Assembly: GCA_951406725.2 (NCBI GenBank)
Contig: OX597825.1
Coordinates: 62,310,001-62,374,000, forward strand
DNA: 64,000 bases
Origin: Octopus vulgaris
Lineage: Eukaryota
Direction: 5' to 3'
Part shown: piece by piece, positions 1 to 13,143 of the stretch
Position numbering within the stretch: position 1 is the stretch's first letter
How the letters are laid out: every line of letters starts with the position of its first letter
Translations under genes and position numbers: made by a program
The notes under the pieces: model-generated
What the model was told of the DNA's origin: nothing
The model's database searches: none
Seen by the model: the letters and a program-made list of their open reading frames with translations, nothing else

Positions 1-1860
1 AGGCGCCAACGCCGCCTCAACATCTCCCCGGCTGAGCTCTTGGCTCTTCGTTCCCTCCAACGGCGCGCTGACATTGTCATCAAACTGGCTGACAAGGGTG
101 GAGCTGTAGTGGTGTGGCGCGCGGACCTCTATAGGGCCGAGGCTTTCCGCCAACTCAATGACACCTCATTCTATTCCCCTCTGCCCTCTAACCCCACACG
201 TAGCTACCAACAGACGGTATCCTCTACTGTCCGCGACCTCATCTCGTCCTCCCGTCTCCCCTGCACCGCATCCAACCTAATTGTGCGAACCCCACGTACC
301 CCCACCATTTACTTCCTCCCCAAAATCCACAAACCCAACAACCCTGGCCGCCCCATCGTCTCCGCCTGTAATTGCCCCACGGAGCTCATCTCTAAATACC
401 TCGACCGTGTCCTTGCCCCCTAGTGGCATCTCTTCCCTCCCACATCCACGATACCAACCATGCTCTCCGGCTTTTCAATTCTTTCTCCTTTCCTCCCGGC
501 TCCTCCAAAATCCTTTTTACTATGGACATCCAAAGCCTCTATACTGTTATCCCTCACCACGAAGGACTGCAGGCCCTTTGACACTTTCTTGACCTCCGCT
601 CTAACCCTGTACCTGACACCTCCACACTCATTCGTCTGGCCGAACTTGTCCTTACTCTGAACTGCTTCTCGTTCGCGGGCGAGTTCTACCATCAGGTCTC
701 GGGAGTGGCCATGGGAACGCGAATGGGCCCCAACTATGCGAACCTGTTCGTTGGCTATGTTGAGGCCCAAATATTCTCTAATTTCACTGGTCCCACTCCT
801 GAACTATATGGTCGTTACATTGACGACATTATCGGTGCCACCTCACTCTCCCGTGAACATCTAGATTCCTTCCTCTCCTTCGTCCAATCTTTCCATCCAG
901 CCCTCCACTTCACTTCCACTATCTCCAACACCTCTGTCTCCTTCCTCGACATTTCGGTTAGCATTCTTCACTCCACTCTTACCACCTCCATTCACTACAA
1001 ACACACAGACTCACACTCATACCTCCACTTCTCTTCCTCCCACCCAGAACACACCAAGCTTTCCATCCCCTATTCCCAATTCGTCCATCTACGTAGGCTC
1101 TGTAGTGACGACCATGACTTTGAGACTCAGTCTCAACGTATGGCTCACCACTTCACCCTACGTAGATACCCCCTCACCACTACCCATCCGCCCTTGCCAG
1201 AGCACGGTCCGTGGACCGTGTATCTGCTCTCTCTCCCCGAACCCGCCCTGTAGTCTCCCGCCTCCATTTTCCCCTCACTTACCACCCCACGACCCTACGT
1301 CTCCAACGCACCATTCTTCGAGCTTTCCGTCATCTCCAGTCCGACCCGTCCACTTCACACCTCTTCCCTAACCGACCCCTCCCCTCTTTCAAACGAGCCC
1401 ACAACCTTCGAGACCTTTTGGTCCATAGCTCCTTCCCTGACCCTACCTCCCAACCCGGCTCGTTCCCCTGCTCCCGCCCACGTTGCCGCACTTGCCCTTA
1501 CCTCTCCAACACCACCCGCCTCACTAGCACCCACCATCGACCCTATCCCATCATCCACTCCTTCACCTGCACCTCCAGCAATATTATCTATTGCGTCTCT
1601 TGCTCTCTCTGCAATTCCTTGTACATCGGACAAACGGGACGCCGCTTGGCTGACCGGTTCGCGGAACACCTTCGTGACATCCACCTTGCGAATGACACAC
1701 CGGTCTCACGCCATTTCCGCTCCACCGGTCACTCCTTGCAACACCTATCTGTGTTCGGTTTGTCCTTACACAGAGGCCATCCGGAGTCCCGTTTGCGCCG
1801 TGAACAGGAATTAATCTTCTCTCTTCGCTCTTATACGCCATTTGGTCTCAACTCTCCCCC
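1..1860 (+). mobile_element. Penelope-like retroelement, RT + GIY-YIG endonuclease, frameshifted (5' end outside window)
   Basis: ORFs 40-423, 705-1253 and 1211-2164 give PLE motifs ADKGGAVVVW, IYFLPKIHKPNNPGRPIVS, AMGTRMGPNYANLF, RYIDDI, FLDISV, HFSSSHP, CxxxxCxxC, NIIYCVSCSLC-LYIGQTGRRLADRFAEH. Frameshifts near 421 and 1190 and an in-frame TGA near 579. Confidence 0.95.
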
Positions 1861-2128
1861 TCCTCATCTAACCCCCTCTCCCCTCCTCACCTATCCTTCC
1901 CCCGACCCCTCTTCAGTCCTTCATCCTTTCACCCCTACTCCCCTTCCCTTCTTCCCTCTTTCTCCCTCCCTCCTTCCCTCTTCCCTCTGCTCCCTCACTC
2001 CCCTTCTCTCTCCCCATCCCCCTCTTTCCCCCTTCCTCCCCCTCCTCATCCCCTTCCTTCTCCCCCTCCTCTCTCTCCCCCTCCTCTCCTCTTCCCCCCT
2101 CTTCTCCTCCTCCCCCTCTTCTCCTCAC
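1855..2128 (+). repeat. C/T-rich low-complexity tract in Penelope 3' region
   Basis: Almost pure pyrimidine sequence. Confidence 0.9.
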
Positions 2129-2388
2129 TACACCACACGACTTTACACATCACATCATATATGATGTGCCATACTAATACATACACCAACTAATACATAC
2201 TAATACATACACCAACCCCATACATATGCCTGTCCAGACCTATCAACCCTATTATCTCCCCTTATTTCGCTCTCGCGTCTCATGTTTGATCTTTGACCTC
2301 TGGCCGAAATCAGATCGCCATGTTGATTCGTTAGTTACTGCACGCATTTTTTTCTCTCCTTCTTTCTGTGTTTTTTTCTCTCTGTGTA

Positions 2389-2426
2389 TCTTTCTGTTGA
2401 AGAGCGTAGGCTCGAAACGTTAAAGA
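2389..2426 (+). ncRNA. Minimal hammerhead-like motif in Penelope 3' repeat (pLTR), variant core
   Basis: TCTTT-CTGTTGA-A-GAGC gtag GCTC-GAAA-CG-TT-AAAGA: stems I and II pair; AACGTT palindrome. Confidence 0.6.
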
Positions 2427-2523
2427 CTTGTTTTATTTATATTTCCTGAGCGCCATACTAATACAATTGTTTGTTTGTTTTCCACCTGCCTTCGTCTTTT
2501 GTCTATTTTCATAAAGCTTCCCG

Positions 2524-2801
<278 letters not shown>

Positions 2802-3041
2802 AAATCTTTCTTGTCATTGTGTTTTTGTGGCATGAAGTAAAGCAGGCCTAGCCGTCTACTCAAGAAAACATCCAGTAAGTGATCCACAAACACTGAAGTA
2901 AGCCAAGTCCTCAATTTGTTCTATTTGTCAAAAGGCTTGCAAGTCACCAGCAGGCCTCAAGAGGTACATTTATGTCCATAGAACATGATTAACACTTTAA
3001 TTTACTGAACTCTCATTTGTCGTTCATCACAAGAGAATCCG

Positions 3042-3074
<33 letters not shown>

Positions 3075-3077
<3 letters not shown>

Positions 3078-3467
3078 TTATATATAAAAGTGAAGTTGTG
3101 TGTCTGTCTCCTACGATTTAGATTCCTAACTACTCCCACATTTTGCGGTGCAGTTTAACCAAAACCGGGTATCTTATAGTCGTCATTTATATCGAGCCCT
3201 TCTGGGTATTAGCGCACGTCTACAATGAGTCTACGATTTTTAAAAAATTTACCATCATTTTTCCATTTTAATGCATTTTTTCGCTATTATATAAGGGAAG
3301 TAACTCTCTAAAAATGTCTACGATGAGTCAACGATTTAAAAAAAATTTACCATCATTTGTTTCCCATTTTTAATGCATTTTTTTCTATTTTTTGGCTATA
3401 ACTCTCTAAAAATGCTTATATAGTTATTTCCCTTACAAACCCAAGCAACGCCAGGTGATACTGCTAG
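3075..3467 (+). mobile_element. Non-autonomous Helitron
   Basis: 5' TC, 3' CTAG preceded by an imperfect hairpin, inserted between A and T; inverted copy at 16104-16500. Confidence 0.85.
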
Positions 3468-3962
3468 TATATATATAAACGCAAACACACATAATTGAGC
3501 TATAACCAGTCATAACCAGGCAAACTCCACTGATAATGAAAACTTAGTTGGTCATCTTGGTCTCACTCTTTCAGGTATTGTAGGCAGTTTTTTTTATCAA
3601 TGCTCTTCTGATGTACCTCTGGATCATAGTAGATATACAGTTTTTAAAAGTCAATGTTTGTTAGAGTTTAGCAGGTCAAATTATAAAGAAAAGAGATTTC
3701 TGTTTTGGACATAATCTACACCCCAAAACTGTGTGAATGTGCCTCCTTCCCTTGATATTGCATAATAGTCGTAAGCAGTTGTTATAGTGTTACAATGGTG
3801 TCCTTTGTTTCCAGTCCTTTGAGAAAACATGTCTATCATAGGAAATATTAGGTTACTGGGAAACAAGAGAGGTTTAGCAACAAGGTGGGACATCTGGCCA
3901 CAGAATATCTGCCTCAACAAATTCCATTTGACCCATGCAAGCATGGAAAAGTAGACACCAAA

Positions 3963-4078
3963 ATGATGATGATGATGATGACAACGATGATGATGATGAT
4001 GATGACAATGATGATGATAATGATGATGATGATGATGACAACGATGATGATGATGATGATGATGACGACGACAACGAC

Positions 4079-4143
<65 letters not shown>

Positions 4144-4320
4144 TGATGACAACGATGATGATGACAACGATGATGATGATGATGATGACAACGATGATGA
4201 TGATGATGACAACGATGATGATGATGATGACGATGATGACAATGACGACGACGACGATGACGACGGCGACGATGATGATGATGATGATGACAACGATGAT
4301 GATGATGATGATGATGATGT
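3963..4320. repeat. (GAT/GAC)n trinucleotide microsatellite
   Basis: Direct; explains the poly-D/M/S/I ORFs. Confidence 0.95.
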
Positions 4321-4427
4321 GCAACTAAAGTACATCTTTAAAAATTGATTTTTTTAATTTTCTTATTTCATAAAGTACAAATTAGCTTTTCTGCTACTTT
4401 ATATTTTTATGATCATGAGATGTATTG

Positions 4428-4645
4428 TTAACCTTTTACCATTCACATTATTCTGTCAAAAGTAATGCTTAATTATCCACATTGATTTGAATTAATCTGC
4501 ATTATCTTGTAGCTTCAGGATTTTGATGAAGTAACAGTTAATCTTTAGAATGATATTGTAAGGTTGGTTTGAGAGGCTAGATTTGAACATAAAGTGGATG
4601 GAACAGCTTGGTTAGATATGGCTGGTTTAAATGCCAAAGGGTTAA
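4428..4645. mobile_element. TTAA-flanked (piggyBac-like) MITE
   Basis: TTAACCTTTT...AAAGGGTTAA termini; related partial copy at ~5980-6532 interrupted by a SINE. Confidence 0.65.
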
Positions 4646-6083
4646 AGAAATTCTTCTAACTCATTTTAAATAATTATAATGCTTATTTATCAAATTAGCA
4701 CAAATCAGTAAAATTTGTAAGAAAGGAGTATAGTTTCAAGAGAATGTAAATAGATGGATCTTTCCATAGATTTTTGCTCCTTTAAAGTAAACTGTGTCTA
4801 AGATGGATTCACAGATTAATCCAAGAAAATAGACAGTCCAGGAACAGGTGTAGTTTATTAGATGGAATTCTACACAATTTCTATCAAACCAGTGTCACTC
4901 ACATGACCTGGGTACATTTGAGACAGTTGTAGATATCACTTGCCCTGCACTGAGATTGAATTTAAAGCTTCACAGTTGGCTGGTTTAATTGCTGAAGGGT
5001 TAAAAGCCAGCATGTTTCAAACCACAACTACTTCTATAGAAGGAGTATAGTTGGAACTAGCAATATCAAATCTTGTCTGGTGTTTATTTTATCAATTATG
5101 GAAAAATCTTAGCAAAATTTGAACTCAGAAAGGAAATGGATATAATGGAATAACCCATGGCACTTGATGTTTGGCAAGCTGCCATTTCTGTCACTCACTG
5201 CTTTTATCTAATTATAACATTTGTGTTAATAAAGACCGACAGATTTTATAATATTCAACTCTTGCAACTGTTTTCGATCAATCAAAAAAGATTATTGCCT
5301 TATCTTCAAACGAGAGAAGATAATACTTCTAAATTCTGACATCGTTAACATGAAGCTACATATTTGTTCCAAAATGTGAGTTGAATTGTCCTGATATCAT
5401 TACTGGTATTTATATTATTATCATTCATTGCTGATTGATTCTAACAGGATTTAACTCATCCAATTTGTGAAATCAATATATATTGTATGTAAGGCATCAC
5501 ATGGTCAGAATCATTACTGGATCAGGCAAAATATTTAGCAGCATTTTATCCATCTTTATGTTCTGAGTTCAAATTCCACCAAAGTCTATTTTGCCATTCC
5601 TCCTTTCAAGGTCAATGAAATAAGTACCAAGTTGATTACTGGGGTTGGTCTAATCAATTTACTCCTCCCTTGAAATTAGAAACCTCATGCCAAAATTTGA
5701 AATCAATATACATTGTATGTACACACTACGACCAAGTAGCCCAATGGTTAAAAAACTCTGTTACTCAACTGTGAGGCTTTAAACTCAATCTCAGTGCAGG
5801 ACAAGTGATATTCAGAATTCCATCTAATAAACTACAGCTGTTCCTGGACTGTCTATTTTCTTGGATTGATCTGTGAATCCATCTTAGACACAGTTTTCTT
5901 TAAGGGAGCAAAGATCTATGGAAAGATCCATCTATTTAAATTCTCATTCAGTGAGAAGATATTCCCATTAAATGAATGCCATTCAGATTACCCTGTCAAA
6001 TGTAATGCTTATTTATTCACATGGTTTTCAATTGATCATGCATTATCTTAAAGCTTTGAGATTTCAATGATGTGATTGTATTG

Positions 6084-6418
6084 AGACCCCCTTCAGTCAA
6101 GACTGACCGTGGGATTGCACCTAGAAAGTTACCCTCCGAGGCACAAGTCCGGGCAAAGTTGTTTATGGAAGATCAGCAGTCACCCATGCTTACCGGCCTC
6201 CCCTCTCTATGCCACCAGTGTTATCCAAGGGAAAGGCAACAGCAGATACAGCCTGGCACCTGTGACGTCACAACTCATTTCTACAGCTGAGTGAACTTGA
6301 GCAACGTGAAATAAAGTATCTTGCTCAAGAACACAAAACGCAGCCCAGTCTGGGATTCGAACTCACAACCTCACACTCATAAGCCCTTTGCTCTAACCAC
6401 TGAGCCATTTGCCTTCAC
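6084..6418 (-). mobile_element. tRNA-derived SINE
   Basis: Minus-strand head GGCTCAGTGGTTAGAGC...GAGTTCGAATCCC (A/B boxes); related heads at ~33585, 36115, 52240, 53043, 59030, 62325. Confidence 0.8.
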
Positions 6419-7064
6419 ACATGATTGTATAGTTTTAAAATATTTGAGTGAGGCCTGATCTAGCTGGTTTGAACACAAATCAGATAGAATATTTGGGCTG
6501 GATAATGGCTGGTTTAAGTGCTGAAGGGTTAAATTCCAGCATGTTTCATACCACAACTACTTCTATGATACAAAATTTCTGTTTTAAAGTGATCCACATT
6601 ATAACCTGCCACTAAAATTTCATGTTAATTCATGTTCTAAACAGTAGCTTAATAATACTTTCTACTATAGGCATAAGGTCTGAAATTTCATAGGAGGGTG
6701 ATAGTCAATTACATCGACCCCAATATTCAACTGGTACTTATTTTATCAACCCAGAAAGGATGAAAAGCAAAGTCGACCCCTCAGTGGAATTTGAACTCAG
6801 AACATAAAGATGGATGAAATGTTGCCAAGAATTTTGCTCAGTGTGTCAACGATTCTGTCAGTTTGCCAATGACAAAGTTATTTAATTAAATTCTCCATAG
6901 GGTGCAGGCATAACTGTGTGGTTAAGAAGCTCACTTTACAATATGGTTTTGAATACAGTCCTTCTATGCAGCACCTTGGGTAAATGTTTTCCAGGGCTGC
7001 TCAATGTTTTGTGAGTGAATTTTGTTGATGAAACACTGTGTAGATACCTGCTCAATGTACAAGT

Positions 7065-7267
7065 GACTGCTGAAAAGTTCCTGACCTTAAGAGTATTGTG
7101 AAATGCCTTGTTGAGGGCCCAAACTTCCAAGTTCTTTTACAGGGCATAGGAAAACTGAAAGACCGCTGCAATATGTTTATGAATTGGAGAGGAGATTATG
7201 TTGAATAAAATCATAATTAACTGATCCTCTTGTTTTTTCTTTTACTCAAAGCCAGGGACTTCTCAGA
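7065..7267. mobile_element. Mariner-type MITE
   Basis: TIRs CTGAAAAGTTCCTG / AAAGCCAGGGACTTCTCAG; related copies at 7557-7762 and ~8290-8459. Confidence 0.65.
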
Positions 7268-7556
7268 TGTTCTCTTGTATCTAAGTGTATGTGTGTGTGT
7301 GTGTGTGTCTATGTGATTGTATGGTTGTTTGTGTGTGTTTGTGAGTGTGTCTTTGTGTTTGTGTTTGTCTCTCCCACCCCACTGTTCGACAACCAATGTT
7401 GGTTTGATTACGTTCATGTAACATAGCAGCTTAGACAAACAGATAATAATATAAATACGAGATTTAAAAAAAAAAAATGTACTGGGGTTGATTTGTTCAC
7501 TGAAAACCCTTCAAAGCAGTACCCCTACATGGCCACTTTCCAGTGACTGAAACAAC

Positions 7557-7762
7557 TACAGGAGGGTGCTGAAAAGTTCCTGGCTTTGGGTAAAAGAAAA
7601 TACAGGAAGATCAGTTAATTATTAATTTTTAACATATTCCCATCTCACATTCAGATACTTATTGCAGCAGTCATTCAATTTTTCTAAGCCCCTGTAAAAG
7701 AACTCCAACTAGGCATTTGCAATACCTGTAAAACCTGGAACATTTCTACACCCATTTCATAT
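7557..7762. mobile_element. Mariner-type MITE
   Basis: TA-CAGGAGGGTGCTGAAAAGTTCCTGGCTTT terminus with a degenerate inverted end. Confidence 0.65.
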
Positions 7763-7778
7763 GTGTATATATACATAT

Positions 7779-7832
<54 letters not shown>

Positions 7833-7835
<3 letters not shown>

Positions 7836-8036
7836 TCCTGTGCAGGTGGCACGTAAAAAAGCACCCACTACACTCACGGAGTGGTTGGCGTTAGGAAGGG
7901 CATCCAGCCGTAGAAACACTGCCAGATCAGACTGGGCCTGATGCAGCCTTCTGGCTTCACAGACCCCAGTTGAACTGTCCAACCCATGCTAGCATGGAAA
8001 GCGGACGCTAAATGATGATGATGATGATGATGATGA
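7833..8036 (+). mobile_element. (GAT)n-tailed SINE/LINE 3' end (RTE-like)
   Basis: ...CCAACCCATGCTAGCATGGAAAGCGGACG...(GAT)n; copies at 15100, 19177, 20542, 37858. Confidence 0.8.
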
Positions 8037-8262
8037 TATATATATATATATATATTGCCTGAACAGGATAAGCTACCCCTATTTTGCAGACAAATGTGTT
8101 GGTGGCTGACAAAATAGGGATAGCTTATCCTGTTCAGGCTATATTATTAGCATTATCCTGCGTTTGAGAATTTAAAATCACTTCTTTAACTTTCTAAGAC
8201 ATCTCAATGCTTCTAAAGCAAACTTGGTTTGTTTGTTTACGTTCATTGTAATTTGATTTTAA

Positions 8263-8293
<31 letters not shown>

Positions 8294-9758
8294 CAGTTAG
8301 TTATGATATTATTCAAAATATTCCTGTTTCAGATTTATACATATATTACAGTGGTGTTTCAATTTTTCTAAGCTTTATAGAAGAAATCGAGAGGTTGAGC
8401 CTCCAACCAGGTCTTCCATGATATCCATAAAGCCAGGAACTTTTCAGCAACCCCTCATAAAAGATAAAAGTTGATTTCCAAAATCAATTGAAACAAAGGC
8501 TGCATATTTCAACAGAAATATGGCAATAAATGTGTTAAAAGTACACAGCAAAGACTGACAGCAAAATCTACTTATTGGTTTCTCACTTAATCCAGAATAA
8601 TCCTCTTTATAATTGGTAGGTTTCATTGGAATTATAAAATTCCAAATTTCTTAAAAGTTTGAATTTTAAGAAATCCAACACATTAATTAAATTAGTTGCT
8701 GTAAAAGAAAAACTCTATATTTACTGTTTGATCTTAATAGATTTATTCAATATTTTCTAGGTTTGCTTATCTTTCAGGTATGATTATAATCTCCATCGAC
8801 ATCACCAACCATATTTTTAGTTCAATTAAATTGAAAATGAAATATGAAATAGAAAGAGAAAAAAAAAAAGGAAAAGACATTTAAGTGTGAAATACGAATC
8901 AAGTAATGAAAAATATTGTCTTTCCCTGTTAAGATTCTGTCTGAAAGATGAAGAAAGATAACCAATCAAAAGAAAATTCTTAAATGGAATTTGCATATTC
9001 TTTGTTAGAGACAAGTCAATAAAATTTACTTATAAAATATTAAAATCAAAACTTATTTGTTGGATAAGAAGTTTGAGTATTAAATATTGCTATCTGCACC
9101 AATTTGTCTCCAATGCTCTCATCCTGGTTTTCATGATAAAGCTTTAGAATTTCTCACATAAATGTCACTTCAATATTGTAAAATTTATCTTCATGAACCT
9201 ACAAGAAAAGAAATTAAAATAGGAAATAAGAAGAAAAAGAAGGCCTAATTTAAAAGTTGAATTCAAATGCCTAGAATTAATTATGAATGATGCAAGAGAA
9301 TATGAGAGACTGTCATACATGTTCTAACCATACAAGTGCCAATAACTGACATCTATTAATAACTGACTCACACTTTACTTCGCCATCACTTGAACGATAA
9401 TATTTGTTACAAAAGTAAATAACTCTTTATCTTTCTTGTTTCAGTCATGAGACTGTGGCCATGCTGGGGCATCACCTTGAAACATTTTTAGCTGAATGAA
9501 TCAACAGTAATACTTAATTTTGTTTGTTCAGCCAGATACTCTATCAGTCACCTTTGCTGAACTGCTAGGCTACAAGGACATAAACACACCAACACCAGCT
9601 GTCAAACTGTGATGGAGACAACTACAGACACAAAGACAAACACACACACACACTTAAAAACTGATGATGTCATTCCATCAACGTGTGGATGCTGGTTGTT
9701 CTCGTTCATACTTTACATTTGAATTTCTGTAATTTGAATTTTTATCACTTCTTATTTG

Positions 9759-9797
9759 GAACTTGACAAAGACAGATGTACTGTTGAAATATCGTTC
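9759..9797 (+). ncRNA. Minimal hammerhead-like motif (U3-A8 core)
   Basis: GAAC-TTGACAA-A-GACAG atgta CTGTT-GAAA-TA-TC-GTTC. Confidence 0.55.
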
Positions 9798-9879
9798 AAC
9801 TAATAAAATCTCTTACAATTGAATCATGCTCTTCATCGACTGTTTACCTTTGTGAAGAGTTACATCAATCTATTTTAAA

Positions 9880-9881
<2 letters not shown>

Positions 9882-9954
<73 letters not shown>

Positions 9955-9960
9955 TAAGAA

Positions 9961-9991
<31 letters not shown>

Positions 9992-10018
9992 AAGAAGAAG
10001 AAGAAGAAGAATGATAAT

Positions 10019-10049
<31 letters not shown>

Positions 10050-10070
10050 TAATAATGATAATAATAATAA
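9882..10070. repeat. (TAA)n/(GAA)n microsatellite
   Basis: Direct. Confidence 0.95.
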
Positions 10071-10099
10071 ATTTCCATGTGTACTGTGTGTTCCACATT

Positions 10100-11690
10100 G
10101 GGTCTAGAGTATACCTGGAAAACTATCCATAAATTCTTTAAAAATTTTAACTTTTCTATTTCTTTGGAAAATAGCACTAAATTAGATGTTACTCATGATT
10201 CAAAGTATGGTTTATTCTACACACCCATAAACTTAACGAATCTCTAAAATATATTAATGTCGAATCCAATCATCTAGGTCTGCTTTAAATAGTGCCATCA
10301 AATGTATTTCTATCGCTTCTTCAACCTTTTTGCTAATGAGGACATTTTGAAAATTCATAACCACACCTCTACTACCACATGTAGATGCTACCTGATTGTA
10401 GATTCTTGGAGAAAATCACCTGCATTCCAAATATTAGGGTGAAAAACAAGTTAGATATATTCATCACACATAGTAATACTACTATATATAAACCTATCTA
10501 TGCCACTAGCTTAACACTAAACATTATAACTTTGTGTATAAATGTAGTTACTACATCAATGTCCACTCCACTAAAATCCATGTTGGACCAGCAATCAATT
10601 TTAAGAGCTGATTACTTGCACATCTTAACTCTTTCTCAAATACTAACCATACATGTTCTACTTCCTTGTATTACCTCTTTTTCACATCAATTTTATTATA
10701 CTTCCTCTGTCACACTTCTCTGTCAAACTTCTATCTTCCACTATAGTTGGGGGAATTCCCGTCTTTTGTACACAGTCACTGGTTCTTCCCCTTTCCCTTC
10801 TGTTATATCGCAATACTACACAATGGCTGTGTGAGCTATGAAATCCTGGTCGCCACTGTTATGTCACACATTCTACTTCTACTCAACTCAACTCTGACTG
10901 CTACCACTCTTTTCTCTACTACTCTGCTGTGTTCTTGACGTCTAGGCTTCTCCCTCTGTATCTATGTATTGGGCTAGCCTACTTCATCATCTAGGGGCAT
11001 CAACACAACACCTTCCCTCTACAACCAGACTGCCATCATCTATCTACTCAACTTTTCCCTCCCATATAACTGATTTATACTCGACACAACTGATACACTT
11101 TACAGTTCTTATCTTTATACACTGATAGTATCTCTCTTCATTTTATCCACATCTGTTCTCCACTATTATTAATGAGTTCCTTTTAGAACCTGCCTTCTCT
11201 CACTTTTATTTCTATAGCCACTAAGTGTCCTTTGAACTGGTTTGCCTTACCACCAGTCTTTATTTTATGCCAGTGATTATACAAGTGCCAATAACTGACA
11301 TCTTTTAATAACTGACTCACACTTTACTTCGCCATCACTCTTCTCCTCTCCACCTTCCCTACCTTTTTACCAATCACTGTAACCCCCTCCTCTAGTTCTC
11401 TCTATCTTTCTGATTTATAGATTTCATATTTAGCAATATATATTATCTTTTCTTAGCCATTTGCCCGGTTCTTCTAATGAGGATATAGTGACTTTGCTGC
11501 ATGGAGTTATCAAAATTCATGGTCCTGATTATTTTCCCTCTGCCTTTAAGTATACCTACAATATAAAATCAGTAGTGGACCTACTTACATAGCATACATG
11601 GCTATATCTGCTAATCATCAATTATCCAAAACGATTGTAAAGAAAAGAGTTGGTTAGCTCATTTAATTTTATAGGCAACTTTATATATAA
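10100..11690 (+). mobile_element. Decayed Penelope-like element (RT C-terminus, GIY-YIG, 3' region)
   Basis: Manual translation: KTIHKFFKNFNFSISLENST..LDVT, HKLNESLKYINVESNH, IHVGPAINFKS*LLAHLNSF..CSTSL; resembles PLE RT thumb and nuclease. Confidence 0.6.
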
Positions 11691-11692
11691 AC

Positions 11693-11766
<74 letters not shown>

Positions 11767-11966
11767 CACACACACATATATATATATGTGTGTGTGTGTA
11801 TGTAGGACATGGTTTAATTTGGGTTATAAACTCATAGCCTTAACACAGTACTCTTTGCTTGTATTGTAAGACTAGTGTATTTCTCAGAAAGTAATGCTTA
11901 CTTTTAACACTCAACGGTTTTCCCTTCTGTACATTGCCTGCACACATTATTCATGTAAGTGCTTCA

Positions 11967-13143
11967 TCATTCATATACCCTGTTTTCTCTCTTGCCATGC
12001 TTATCACTGAGAATGTAGAGGTTCTTTTCATCTCCAACTCTGGAACATCCACCATACAGTTGACCATGTGAAAAGCTTGGTTGAAGTGGATTAAGTCCCA
12101 CCACCTTTAGAGATTGACCTTGTGCTTTGTTGATAGACATTGCAATGCTCAGTTTGACAGGCAACTGCAGTCTTTTGAACTGAAATGGGAGTTCATTTGA
12201 GATGAGAAGGATCTTTGGAACGAAGACATTATCACACATCATACTGACTGTAATTATTGTTGCTGTAGTTATTATATCCTGGAATCAGGTGGAATCGTTT
12301 TAAGTGCAGTCTTGAAGCTTCTGATCAGGTTGTTGTTGTTGTTGTGCAGCATCTTTTGCAGAGACACTACAATGTTCATTCTGATGCCAGAAATGTTCTT
12401 GCACCTCTCTTGCCCTTCTTGTTGAGAATCACTCTTAAAGTATATTTGTAGGAATTTTGGTGACTCATTTGACAGAGGTAGTAGAGAGCCAATCTGATGA
12501 TAAATCTGACCTTGGCTCTTGAAAGTTTGCATGAATCCTGGCTCAGCTATTTCTATTGTGGTTCCAAATAATGCCATCTGTGGTGTAGTGTTGTATTGTC
12601 GAATCTTGTTTTGGAAGTGCTCAGAATATTGGTCAGTTGATGACAACAGTTTCTTCAATGACTCTAGAAGTTGGGGCATTGCAAGGAGTTTAACTTTTCC
12701 ACTGCAGCAGCACAGCCCAGGTGTCTCTCCAGGCCATTTCTCCTTGCTTTATAGAGTTTGCACTCAGTTGTCAATACACCAATGGAAATTTTAGTGTCAT
12801 CTAATTAACTGCTGGATCATAGTTGAAAACTGCTTCATAGAAGTTGCTTCTCTGAGCTTTTGTAACTGCTCTTCCTTCTGCAGTGGAAATCCTATTCATT
12901 ATCAGGCGTGCATGCCTCTGTTCAGCATTTTGAGATGCTTTGGCAGCACCACTTTGCAACTGGCTTTTTTTGATGCACAACTCTTGTCTCATCATTCTCA
13001 GATGCTCTTGCTGCTGTTGTACACAGTCTGTTTCTTTCTTGGCATGCTTCCCTTTTTTCAGTTGTCTCCCTTTCCCTCGACAAAGACATTCTTTTGGCTG
13101 GCCTTGACACTGGAGACAAATTTAACACCTTCCTTCTAGGCAT
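11967..13143 (-). mobile_element. Helitron Rep/Hel pseudogene, internally deleted
   Basis: N-terminal zinc-finger remnant (WPGETPGLCCCSGKVKL), HFQNKIRQYN..QGQIYHQIGSLLP..PKFLQIYF, joined near 12260 to the PIF1 helicase C-terminus FKRLQLPVKLSIAMSINKAQGQSL..FSHGQLY..SRV. Confidence 0.9.

Noticed and set aside
3874-4348. Poly-Asp/Ser/Met/Ile ORFs
   Set aside because: Translations of a (GAT/GAC)n microsatellite; no supporting gene structure.
6340-6418. tRNA gene
   Set aside because: A/B boxes belong to a SINE head continuing into the SINE body; no full cloverleaf.
11476-11528. Hammerhead relic CTAATGAGGATA...TATCAAAA
   Set aside because: Both core halves are mutated; the position downstream of a PLE is suggestive but insufficient.
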